From Tubiluchus corallicola (taxonomy: Eukaryota > Animalia > Priapulida), in assembly GCA_030141605.1 (NCBI GenBank), contig JAQGDQ010000114.1:434001-498000 (forward strand): a stretch of 64,000 bases of DNA, given 5' to 3'. The position numbers and the translations under genes were made by a program. The notes under the pieces are model-generated. The model searched no databases. It saw nothing but the letters and a program-made list of their open reading frames with translations, and had not been told where the DNA came from. Positions 1-14,130 of the stretch are shown here, one piece after another (positions within the stretch are counted from its first letter, which is position 1; the number at the start of each line of letters is the position of its first letter).

Positions 1-1247
1 TGAGAGGCGGACATCCCCGAACTTAGCAGTTTAGCCATTTAAGACACCGGTAGTAGATCTCCCGATGTAGGACGTAGACCAATTGATGTCTAACATAATG
101 TCAGTCATTTTCGTTGACTGCTCAATCAACGTGCAAGTTATTTCGCACCCCTGCAGAGCTTAATTAACGCAGGTACGTTCGGGACATTTAGATACAGCTC
201 CGTCTAATGCTGTTATGAAAAATGCTGAACTTTTCATTAGTTAGCGAGAGAAATATTGGCCCGGTTCTAGATTTTATTATTGTCAATTGAAATTGCAAAT
301 GAATTAGTTGGAAATATATAGTCTAGTTTCGTTTTATAGGAGGAAATGCACAATGCTTACGTCTATGAGTTGTTCATTAAACCATTTTGCAATCAAGAAA
401 ATACCCAGTTTAGTTTAGATTATGGCTTTGCAAGTTAGATAAAAACAACTATTTGATTAACTTTAAATAAAGACAAAACAAAATGTTTTCTTTTCAGGCC
501 AGTTTTTATAAACCTTATCTGTACAGTCAAAATTAATTCAAATGTGGCCAAAACTTATATTATACAATATACATCAATGCAATATTAGCTAATTCTACGA
601 TATTTCTGGTTATAATCATGGTTATAAAAGATGCCATTGGGACTTATGTGACTCGGGCATTCAATATAAGGGTCGTCCATGGAATGGAACAGTCAAGTTT
701 ATTACATTTCCGTAGCCTGACAAACGGAAAAATACAAAAACTGAATAAATCTTGCAGACGAGCACATGATTAGTTAATACAGAAAGATGCATCGCAGGCT
801 TGATGTTCGTTTGTTTGAAGGCAAGAGAAACTTAATATTTTTGTTGCTAATTCATTGTAAAGCAAAGCTAACTGGCTTAGTTTTTTCTTGATTATACTTA
901 TGTCTCTGTATTTTGTAGTGCTTTGAAAGTGCGTCTCTACAGTCTGTTTAAATTGAAAAATCATTTTTTTGCTACTTAAAGTGTTAATTTCGTGTAAAAA
1001 TAGCTCTGCAAATCTGTGTTTATGAAAAAGCGCAATCAGTTTGACTGCTGATTAGATATTGGTTGTGACAGTAATGTTGTTTAGTTTAGTTTAGTTTACA
1101 CAGTTGTTGTCCTGCGTGAGCTGTTGTCCTGAAAGCTGCTGAGCGTGCTACGTTACAGCGGGGGCGGAGCGATAAACCAATATGTTTAACGTCAGTTGGG
1201 TTATATTCAATTCAGCATGACATATTCAGCAGGGTTACCATCTAACG

Positions 1248-1710
1248 TTCGAGCTCGAATTGAATTCGATTCAAGCGAGCTTTTTAATTCAAATTCAATT
1301 CGAACCTAAAATTATGAACTCGAATAATTAAAGCATACAATTAACACTACAATACATACAAGCATACAATACAATAAAATAATATTAAAATTTTGATATA
1401 AAATTGAAAAATAATTCCATGAAATTTGTTCAATCCCTACACAAGAACTAATTGCAAGAGTGTCTTGTGGTGAACAAGTGGAATATTTTGCTGGTGATTG
1501 TTGTTAGAGCACCAAATTTGAACTTTTTAAAGACAGATTGAGGACTTCAATATAGCAATGCTGTAAGAGACCAAGGTTTTTTAGTCTGTAGTGTTATAGT
1601 GTCGAATCTAATAATTATATTTCTTATTAGTGATTCGAACATCTTGAAATTTGGCTTGATTCTAGTTCGAAAGTCAGAAATGCGATTCGATTCGAATTCG
1701 CTTTCTGATA
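1248..1710. repeat. TTCGAA/GAATTCGA-rich degenerate element (likely MITE/DNA-transposon remnant)
   Basis: Clusters of ttcgaa/attcga words at ~1248-1325 and ~1600-1705, recurring at ~2112-2140. Confidence 0.35.
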
Positions 1711-2256
1711 AAGAATGCTCAATGTTCATTGTTCACGTCTAAATAAATTAATACTCAGAAATTTTCTCCAGGCAAGTCCTGGGAAAAGAGGCAAAATACG
1801 GAAAATTTGGCTGTCGCGAGAATGGTCTCTGTGCGATATCCCATCTTGAAACTAATGCTAACTGGCAAAAGTGGGTTTCACGTGAGTTATTTTGACGAAG
1901 GGTAAGTGACTTACGAATGCCGTTTTTCTATTTTTTAAGAGAGTTATTATAATTTACGTATCTCGGCTGTAGTAATTATTTAAGAATAAAGTGTCGACTT
2001 AGTTGAACTCATGTTTAAGTGCCATATTGAACGAGTTTGACTTTCCCGCTACGTTGTTTACATATTACTACTACTAGTTAGTAGTAGTAGGGTTGAGTAA
2101 AGTACGAGAAGTCGAATTTTGGCTTTCGAATTCGAATCGTTAAGAATCAGAGTAAACATAGTTTGGCGAACTTAGTAATCTAGTGAATATACTATTACTT
2201 ACTGTTTTTAAGTGATGTTTCCATAATATTTGAAATTAGTTGTTGCTTTGCTCGAA

Positions 2257-4437
2257 GGCAGTGACTAAAGGTACGGATCTGTATCCGGACTGCAGCAACT
2301 AAAAATACGGATCCGTGTCTCGAAAGCATTCACTAGAAAATACAGATCGACCCGTACGGCGAACGATATTGACGAGAAATACGGATCGCCGTCAGAGAGG
2401 GGCAATATATCACTTTCTAAATTCTAGTTTATCCGCAGCCTCAAAATCCACAATTGTAAATATCCGCACCTGCTAGTTCCGCGGATTGAGTGAAATGAAT
2501 ATTCTCATAGATATCTATATTACGTACTCCCTAGATAGAACACGCAGTGTATGCGTGCAACACTCCGTCATATTACGGTGGGCGAGTCATGCTTTATTAC
2601 TATAGCGTAAACATAGTGTCTGCCTATTTTTGGTATGAAAGAAGTGTTTATCCCCCGTTTGCATGCGAAAAACAACAGGATTAGATTAAAAAAACTTTTT
2701 TCTTATATTATGCTGAACTTTTAATTTTTGCTGATATGAATATGTTTATGTTGTCAATTGAATACATATGCGTCTTCCCATTGTAACAGTTTTATCTCAC
2801 TAATTAGCATTGTTAGTGCTAGAACATTTAATAATGTAATAGATTACATAAGTTTTAGGGTACTTGCTTGACTTTAGTTAATATTTCTACTGATAAATAC
2901 CTTTAAAAAGAATGTGAATATCCTACTGCTGTGCATGCCCATTTTAATTTTTGATAATTATAAAATGTTTTTTTACTGAAGTTCTGCTGCTTTACATGTA
3001 ACTCTAAGGAAATTGCAACAACAGTGAACCATTGTCTGCATAGTGGCAAAATTATTAGAATTTAATTATTCAGTTAGAACATTTTTTTTACAAAATGCAA
3101 AATTCTAAAAGATTATTTTTGAAATATCAGAGTGCTTTACTGCATTAGTAAATGAGCATTCCACACTCACAGCACACAATATTTTTTTGACAGGGTCATG
3201 GGTCAAAAATGCTTCAAACAAACACTTTATGAACATCATAATTAAACACATAATTACAGCAATAAGTGGTTCTTACATTGGGGCAATAGGCATTTGAGGC
3301 CTTTAAGTGGTCGAAATAGTTCAGTAAGGAGTTTTGTAATTGTTTTTCGGCATTAAGGATACAAAATTTAGGTTTTAATTCACAAAGAGAAATTATTGCT
3401 TTCTAATCAGTGAATTAACTAGTTTTCATGAACTAGCTTTATACATTACGCATTATAAGTCCTGGCCAATTCAAACCTTTAACCCGAGGAAAATTTCGAG
3501 AAAGTGAAGTAACTTGATGTTTTAACTCAATATAAAGTGGTTAAAGTGTGACAATCAAATGTAATTATACTTATTGCTGCCTTCAGATAATGCAAATTTG
3601 TAAAATGGCCTTTTTATTTTTTAATAGAAATAATGTATAAAACACTACGGCATATTAGAATATGGCAGTCATTGATTGTAGAACAGCTTTGATAAGCAAA
3701 ATAGTAAAATAACTAATTAATATGGACCTGGCTCACATAAAGATGCTTTAAAATGTTTACAATGACAAACAAAATAATACACCAAGCAAGTAATAGTGGC
3801 ACGTTATAATATTCACAGCATAAATTATTTGGCAACAGGTGCATGTAACAGTTCAGCAGCTCTTATAAATTGACCCTACTGCATATCACATAAAGACTAA
3901 AAATTTTTGCTATGTTTGATAAGTCAATAAATCATAATTCAAACCAAGGAAAATTACAGTTACTAGGTTATCACATTCACAACACTCTATAGAAAAAAAT
4001 ACTGGCTGGTAGGTCATCACATTACAAGACTCTAAGAAATTCATAACACACTAAGATTTAAACTCTTGCTAACTGGCCTATTACACACCAAAATACTAAA
4101 GTTTTTTGTAACAATAAACAAAATAAAGCAAACAAACTATTAATTGGCAGCTTATGCGATACACAGCACTATATAAAAGCTAACAATTTGCTAGACAATA
4201 AAAGGATTTATAGTGCAACTATTATATCACGAAGAAAAATGGTACCAAAGAAAAATGGTACGGCTACAGGCTGTATAATGCTATATCACCATTTTCGTGA
4301 AGTGGGCATGTACTTTTCAATGATTTGTATTTGTTGGAAAAATAGCTATGAATATTTCCAATATATCCATATCCTATGATATACATATTCGGTATCACAG
4401 AAAAAACGAGTATGGATCCGTACGTCTAGCCACTGCC
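2257..4437. mobile_element. Non-autonomous DNA transposon with ~23-bp terminal inverted repeats
   Basis: GGCAGTGACTAAAGGTACGGATC at 2257 versus GGCAGTGGCTAGACGTACGGATC (reverse complement of the segment ending 4437), 20/23 identical; subterminal TACGGATC repeats at 2275-2390; no transposase ORF. Confidence 0.6.
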
Positions 4438-6132
4438 TGGCTTGAAATTGTATTTTTTATTGCACATCTTGCAAGTTGCCTCTGAAACTTAAAGGATGCC
4501 AAATAATTACTTGTTTCTACAGGCCATGCTGACATGTCCAAAATGCAGACTGCAGAATGCAGACAATCACCAATGCTGACCATGTAATTACCACAGTCAT
4601 AGTCTTACTCTCGTTACTTATCATCATTTTACAGCTGCTCGCGAAAATTGCGCATATATTGCTTTTGTTTTATAATAAAATGAATCAAAGTATGTTAGAA
4701 ATGTTATGCAAAGATCGCACTGAAGTTGATTTAGCTAAAGCCCTGCATGATATTTCAAATGTTAATTTCAAAGAAATGAAAGCATTCCAATCCGATACAA
4801 TACCCATATTCAACTTCAGGCACTGATTCGATACGATCTGATATTGCACAAAAAATTCGGATAAATTCACCTGAAATGGCTTTGTTAAAAAGGAGCTCAA
4901 ATTTTGTTTCTAAGTAAGCCTATTTACTTAAACTGATGATCCTAAATTTGTCTTATTTGGAAATTTAAGTAATAATGATGTATTACAGTTTGTATACGCA
5001 GCACCCTTTAATTAACTTTTTGTCTAAACTATCTGGTTTAAAGAACAAAATAATATAATAAATAGTAGTAGCAGTGAGAGAAAATTACATAAAATGTTTT
5101 CATTGGACAATTTGGGGCTCATTCTTTTTTTATATATGTGCTTGCATACCAAAATCCTCCATAAGTCGGCATAGTTAAAACTACATTATGATGCTTCAAA
5201 GTAGAATGACCCAAAAATTTAGTCAAATGTCAATTTTTCGTATTTTATAAAAACCAACACTAAATAGATTGGACTTTTATATTCTAGCATCAAATTATCA
5301 AGAAACTGTTCAAAAAACTCTAAAATTAAATGTTATAACTCCTTACCAACTTTTCTGTCCAGAAACTAGTACTGCAATTGTAAAAAACTCCTATTTTCAA
5401 ACTTCGATAGTAGCTCATGGAAGCTGTCATCCTGTTTCAGGTTTTTTCTGTTGCCAAGCGGAACAGATTTTATCAGGAAGAGCCACATACTGGTTTTAAA
5501 TATAACTTCAGTGTGCTCTTGCATAGTCTGTAGCAACCAACATTTGTGCTGTTGCTAAGTGTTTTGAAGAAACGCAACAAAGAACAATGGCTAACTTTAA
5601 CATAGATTTTCTCAAGATTATTTAGTCCCAACTATTTAACATTTCTGCCCATTGGTTAGGTTTCATTTTTTAAAAAAAACTTAAATAATTGTGAGTTTAT
5701 TCTATCATAGACAATAGTGATATAATAATCATTAGTAATCATGATGAGGTCTAGTGGACATAATCGAAAGGTACCTGATTCAAATCCAGGGTTACATGTA
5801 TTTACTGCAAGCTTACACTGGGTTACACTGTTCCTGAATCAAACTGGTTAAATAGCATATACAGATTATACACAGCAAGGCTGGAAAGTCTGCAGTTGAC
5901 ACCAAGCACTAGTTAAAGATCTACCTTTAAAAGCGAAGTCTTTGCATTAACTTTTTCAGGATGGAAGAATCTTATAGCAATTCTCAGTTGCATCTATATA
6001 TATATATTACATATAATAGTTACATTGTAATAAAATATACACGAAATTTACAGTAATAAAATCACAGTACATATAAATAATTGTGCATTGTGTATATGCA
6101 GTCTTTGGACTGATGTTTTACACTAGTGTCAG

Positions 6133-6492
6133 GTGTTGACGTGGGGGAAAACTGAGCAGTATATTTTACAGCCATTGAAAACAGTGCAAGGTAAAGTTGT
6201 TAAATTGATCACTTTTAGTAATTTTCGTGCTTCATATATTTAGCTTAAACTTTTATAATTGGAAGATATTTACCTTTTAGAATTGTTCAAACTCGTGTTT
6301 AGATTTAATAATAATATATTGCCTGAACTCTATAGAAATTATTTTATTAAAATAAGCAATATCCATTCTTATAGTACAAGGTCCTCAGTAAAAGGACATC
6401 TGTTTCAATAGTGGTACATTTCTCTTTACGACCTAAATAGCCTTCAGCATAATGGGGCAAATTATGGAATAGCCTCCCTCATCATATACTGG
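6133..6492 (+). mobile_element. Decayed LINE (CR1/L2/Crack-group) ORF2 C-terminal fragment
   Basis: Translates VLTWG..LQPLKTVQGKVVKLITF..*LKLL*LEDIY..LPELYRNYF..IHSYSTR..(frameshift)KLWNSLP, the usual post-RT motifs, with stops. Confidence 0.75.
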
Positions 6493-7306
6493 CTTATAAA
6501 TCCCTCCCGTGGCAACAAAAAAGTACCGTATCTATCTAATAAGAAACTATGCAGCTGTGTAACTCTTTTTAAATATTGTTGACTTCTTATGAGCACTTTT
6601 TTCTCAACATACCGTTTGCTAATCTTGCATATATCTTGAATAATATCTGTTTTATTACATCATTGCAAAAAAATATTCAGTATCTTCAGCCAATTAAATA
6701 GGCGTGCAAACATTTTTTCTTGCACGTCTGTTTCCATCTATTTTCCTACTTTATCTAATGATTTAAATACTAGTTCCAAAATTATGTTATCTAAAGCTCA
6801 AAAAATACCATATAACCAAAAAAATTTTTATATGTGTGTGTGTGTGTGTTTGCATGTGCGTGCGTGTGTGTATAAAATATAGTATAAGCACACTTTTCAT
6901 ACATTGCATGCCAGAAAAAATAAAGACACTTCAATCATGTCACGAGATTCTTTATTCATAATCCTATCAGGGTGTGCATTTTGTCCTGTTTCCAGAAATT
7001 CCATAATCCGTGAAATTATTTGAGTTGTGCTTTTTTCTCTTGTTTTCAAAAATAGCTTAGTTCCATAATCCAAAAAATAGATAAGCATCTTTGAAATCTT
7101 ACTAAGATCATTTCCAGAGGTACATGTGTACACACTCTTATGTTATGCACAACACGCATTTAATTTTTATTTCCTTATTTATCATACATTAATTTGTTTA
7201 AACAAAAATAATTTGTTCATATATGCATATAATGTTATGTAAATTTATATACATATGCAGGTATATGTATGTGCATATGGATTATTATAAGTTTGTCTTT
7301 AACAAC

Positions 7307-7592
7307 ATATTTAATATCACATGTTGTATAGCTTAGTGAAATTTGAGATAATTATACTTACCATACACAGTGCTTACAGTATTACTCACATTGTAGTATT
7401 ATTTGTGTATATATGTATATATATGGCTGTGTGCATATATACACATATAATACTACAATATGAGCAATACTGTAAGTATTGTGTATATATACACAAATAA
7501 TACTACAATATGAGTAATACTGTAAGTATTGTGTATGGTAAGTATAATTATGTCAAATTTCACTAAGTTATACAACATGTGATATTAAATAT
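7307..7592. repeat. Long inverted repeat (foldback, ~105-bp arms) with internal tandem duplication
   Basis: 7307-7412 is the near reverse complement of ~7486-7592; flanked by (TA)n/(TG)n. Confidence 0.85.
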
Positions 7593-7939
7593 ATATATAT
7601 ATATATATATATAGATATGTGTGTGTGTGTGTATGTGTGCGTGTGCGTGCGTGCGTGCGTGCGTGTACAGCATGCAAAAGTAAATATATAGATTTCCTAA
7701 AATTTAAAATTGTTTATAGTAATATACAGTTATCCTGGTGCAAAATACGTAAACAGAAACTTTATATGCACCTTTATACCTTACTACTATTCATTTTATT
7801 ATGTTTTTATACAGCCATTCTCAGTTCTAAGTATTAAACGTTTTTTACGATTTCTGCACTACTTCGTTAAATGTTTATACTATATTACAGTAATTATTTC
7901 GGTACACTGTACAACTACAGTATACTCTAAAGTATAATA

Positions 7940-8057
7940 TTAGAGCAAGGGCAACGTGTACAGGTCTGTATGGTCGTATGTTGCCCTCGCATTTGGCATT
8001 CTTTTGTTGTATCTTGACGTCCACGTGTGCGAAATAAAATGATTCTTATTCTTATTA
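7940..8057 (+). mobile_element. Possible LINE 3' end
   Basis: Stem agggcaac...gttgccct, then AATAAA and a short (ATTCTT)n tail. Confidence 0.4.
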
Positions 8058-11000
8058 AAAACAGACTATGCAGCGCACTATTATAATCAAATAGTTATTA
8101 ATTTGCATGTATATCGGCTTGCAGTGTGTCGGTAATGTAGTTGTAATCTTACAAATTAGTCTGCCTGAAATAACGTGAATTCTGTTGTGCATTCACGTCA
8201 AGAGATGGCGAGAGAAGGTTATCCTTGTCGTTTTCCACTTTGGCGCCAGTGTACGAATTACGTCTGTCATGCAGAGTAGCACTTCTTGCTTGGTTTCCTA
8301 TACTTTGGAAATTTTTGTATTTGCTGTGTTTTTTGATAGCCTCCAGGCAAATTATATGATGAAAAAATTAAAATTAATAGACCACAACTTAAATTAATAA
8401 TTGCGATTGATGACTAGAATAGTTAATACAAGTAGGTCGTCAACCACTTCCGTCATTTAACTTGCTCAGCAGCCTTGATTCAGCGTTTTTAAAATGCGAT
8501 TCTACTCTGAGCGTTATGTAGTTACAGTTTTTATCGTCTTGGCTTTAAGCTACGTTTACGGGCTTAAAACTGTCCGTTGTATTTGTTGATATAGTTTTTA
8601 ACGCAAATCTTGGTACATTGAAATGCAATATTATCACAAAAATAATGTTGTTACGCTTATGGGTTGGAATAAAAGAAAATATCTATTTGTTGTGCAACCA
8701 CTTTTTTCTTGATGTTGCCAGGTAGAGGTTCTGAAATAGTGAAAGCGTTTTGAAAAACTGAGATGAAACAAAAATTTTTCTGTGATATTAATATGGATTT
8801 TTTTTACTTACCAGCGACAATATTTTATTCTAGTTATTTGCTTTAATATTTGTTTGTTCAGATAAGATAACAAACAATATATTTATTTTCTGCAATTTTA
8901 ATTTTTATTACCAAAAGTCAAAACACCCACCTCCCTCCATCAAGAATCCAGCTAAAATGATTTTTTATTGATCTTTTTACATCGTCTTTATTTGTTGTTA
9001 TTTTTTTTTTCGCTAGTTGTTTGTTGTATTGTTTTTCTTTGAGCAAAGCAACAAGTTTATCTGTCAGGATGATACCCAGCAGTGCAAAACCAAAATCTGA
9101 AAATTATTTATTACTCTTCTGCTGCATTTTTTAAATTGTAAATTTTTAAACTAGATGCTATGAAAAGTTCACTACAAAATCAATTCTGCATTTTTTTGAA
9201 CTAGAGATCGGTAGTGATGATGATGATGATGGTGATGATAGTGATGTGACAAATACAACAGTGATGTCTTTGGGAACAACCTATAATGCCTGTACATCCA
9301 CTTTCACTGTTATGCCTATGTGTATATGAATACATTTCTGAGATTAAAGAGAAACGCTAACAAGATAGACGACACGTACTGCACAGCAACTTTTTTTACT
9401 GTGTCCACAACAACAGCGACGGACTGACCATTTGGGTCCTATACTTGGAATGGATCCAATAATGATGATGGGGACTTAGTCATTTTACGTAGGATGTAGA
9501 AAGTTTCAAACGTTAAAAGGGACTAGTTTTCTGTCATAAATTAATTCAGTAAGGACTAAGGACTAAAGATTTCAAACGCGATAACATTTGATAACATTGA
9601 TATAATGTCGAGTTTCTTATCTGGATGCTCACTATGATTTGTTTTTAAAAGACGATCATAAAATTAGTGCTAACACGATGTTTCTAGCTTAATAAAGAAC
9701 TTTTGTTTTGTGAAGTACTTGAGACTTTATTATACATTTTCTGCTAAAATATGTGCTTTTATACCAATCTGATGCTATGAAACATTCTTAGACAATTAGT
9801 TGTTTTTTCTTAGTGAACACGATGAACAGATGTTAACTGAGCGTGGTTCTTCACTTATTATCAGCTACATTCACAATGCAAGCAGGTGGAAGATAGCAGC
9901 CAACCAAAGGCATCAAACATGCTACATTAATAGGGATGGAGGCTGATAGAAATGTTGCAAGATAGGTGAGTCATTGCCTAAAGGCATTATTAGCTCTGGA
10001 AGAAGCGCCTCCCGGAGGAGGGAGCTAAATTTGGTTAGTCTGTCACCTGCCAGGGTATGAACTACATTAAATAAAAACAGATTATTGTCTATTTTTTAAT
10101 TTGAATTGACTGTATTAGAAAGAATTTGGTTTGATTAGATTCTAATAGATTAGACTGTATTGAATTGGAATGAAACAGCTGAAGCAAATTGTATCATTGT
10201 AATGAAGGCCTAAGCTGAAATAGGTTAGACTAGACAGATTAGGTAAATACAAGTAGATTACATGTACTAGTACATTAGGCTGATCAATTTTAAATTGATT
10301 AATTCTTTTTTGTTTTGTACATTAGAAGCCTTAAAAATTAAATTACAACTTTCGAACGTATCACAATGAACCTTAGTTAGTCATGTCATTTTTTGGCTAC
10401 AATATCATTCTTTTTTGTAGTGTAGATTACAAATAAATAACATTAAAGGGTGAATATGTTTACGCACAAACACTTTACAATGAATCAACAGCTCTTGATA
10501 CTATAAGTAAACCCAGTTACTTTTTCATTATGCAATCTGGAAGTTATAATAAACTGGGTCTTCTCACGACTGCGTAATCAATTCCCTGTTGACTGTACTT
10601 TATTGTAATATAGAGAACGGGTGAATATTTAACTTCAAATGAGCCAATATGCATCACATCGTTATCTCATTTTTTTAAGTTGAAGTGAATTTGTCAAAAT
10701 AATTACTTTGCCAAGGCTCAGTTTACGCTTTTTAAACCTGTCTTTCATCTTAGCGGTACTTAAAAGGCACATTGTATATGGTGGCAATCTATTAAGGCAC
10801 GCTTGGAACAATTTCTTGTTATTAAGGCGGTATGAGTAACTATTGTGTTTGAAGGTAACTTTTAATCTTGCCCCCTGTAATAAATGACTGTAAGTTACGG
10901 TGCGTCGCCTGTTCATCAGTTATAACACTTACGTTATAATTTCTGGAAAGTACGACCGCTTTATAGTTCTCATTTCTCACACAAGTCTGAGTTTTAATAG

Positions 11001-11939
11001 GAGGAAATGGTAACTCCAAACTTAAATGAGAAGGCATTTATGACTTAAAGTTGACTGATATTTAAAGTAGAGTTACCTAAAATATTTGCGCAAAATATTG
11101 GTGACTTCTTCGTTGAGCGTTTGGAGAAGCTGGAGTATCCTGGGAAATTACAAAATTATTTTTTGTGTAGTAAATGAAAGCCTTAATTATTGCACAAAAG
11201 CTATCTGAAGTAGTTTTTTATTATTACTTGCATTGTTCAGCTTATAGTGGCAATATACTAACAAAAATATCCAGACTTATTTTTATTATTAATATCCCAG
11301 CACCAAAATAACAGCCACTCCATTCAGCACTCCCAGCCAATTTTTAAACTATATTAATAATTTGTACTGTGGCACCCCAGCCCGCTGTTTTCTTATACTT
11401 TTATTATTCCTGATTTTTTAAAAAAATGGGAACTCGAAATTGTAAAAAGTAAACCATGTCTTTACTCTCAGTACAAGAATACAACATTTCGGGAGCACCA
11501 ATTTATTTCTGCTATAAATGTGCTGAAAAATTGACCTTTGCTGTGGACCAAATAAATTGGGTTTTCATTAAACTTCTCTGCGTCTACATTTGATGAGCAA
11601 CTGAAAAGCTATATTTTTATAATACAATATATTTTAAAATCTCCCGAATTCAACAAAACTACAAAAATTCTCTTATAAAAGTCGGAGTTGGAGAAAACTG
11701 TACATACAAAACCTGCATGCCGCAATGATTAAGAGAATGTGAAAATGTTATTGTTCCCTTTTCCCAACAGTAGTTGCTACCTTCAATTTGATTTTTGATT
11801 CACTTTATTTACTTCATAATCCAAAAGACTGAACTATTAAATCATTTTAGATACTTGTTTTGGCGTGTCACTGTTTTTTAATCATGCACAGATTGTACAC
11901 GAATTGGGGCGAGATGAGTTATCACTGTGTGGCTACGAT

Positions 11940-11992
11940 AGTTAAGCAGCACTGAGCCTGGTTAGTGAATTAGCGACCACCAGAGAAACCTG
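11940..11992 (+). pseudogene. Degenerate 5S rRNA-derived fragment (pseudogene or SINE3 remnant)
   Basis: AGTTAAGCAgcactgaGCCTGGTTAGT...GACCaCCaGaGAA resembles the internal control region of animal 5S rRNA. Confidence 0.5.
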
Positions 11993-12869
11993 CTTCTGGG
12001 TTGATTCATTTGTTATAATGTTCCTCGCCATTTCTGTCATCGAGGGATGGTCTGTGTATACTGTATACGCTTCTGAACAGACTCCTTTGCGTTAGAGAGA
12101 GTCTCATCTTTAGAGGATTTTTCTTGACAACCAGGCTGCGAACTCGCTGCATAGGTCTTGCTATTGAGAGTTGGATTACAACTAGCAGTGCCCGAAATTA
12201 TAGAAAAATATTCTCTAATCATTTTGCGTTAACAGACAGATGTGTGTTTTAGGTTTTCACATTATGTGCGATTTTTAAGCACCACTTCCATAGTTATAAA
12301 AAGCTTCACTCAATAAGCATTAAAACGCAATTTAATAAAAAATTTAGTATAACAAAATAATTATCGTTTATGTTGATCGATATAAGAGCACATTTTTTTG
12401 TCTTTCTGCTACTACAATATATATAGCGCGGAATTTATTGTTGATTGTCGCTTATAGTCATGACTAGGCTGCACCTATTAGTTGTCTACGTCTAACTGCG
12501 TCTCGACAGAAACACGAAAAGGCGCGTTACTGACAGTAGAGAAAATATACTCCTCACGGTCTAGAATCGAGAAGAGAATCGGGAATAATAATTTGCATAA
12601 TCTTTGATTTCCGTTTTGCAAACCTTTCTGATAGTAAGTCCATTTTCTCAAAAAATGGATATTTTGAGAATGAGCATATTCGTTACTCAGACTGAGTTGT
12701 TGAACTGCTCAGTTTAAGAAGTCTGTTGACTTAAAATGAGTGTTTTGTTTGGACAGCAAAACTGGCCAAAATGGTTCACTGTAGAAAAGGTTAATAGCTA
12801 AAGCTGAATTATCCACTAAATAATTAAATTTCTAGTTTTATAAAAATTACAAAAGTTTGAAGATCTTTT

Positions 12870-14130
<1,261 letters not shown>

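Noticed and set aside
1248-2140. Heat-shock elements
   Set aside because: TTCGAA arrays lack the nGAAnnTTCn spacing.
10662-11037. Two overlapping minus-strand ORFs
   Set aside because: Only a vague resemblance to a LINE end; no convincing motif.
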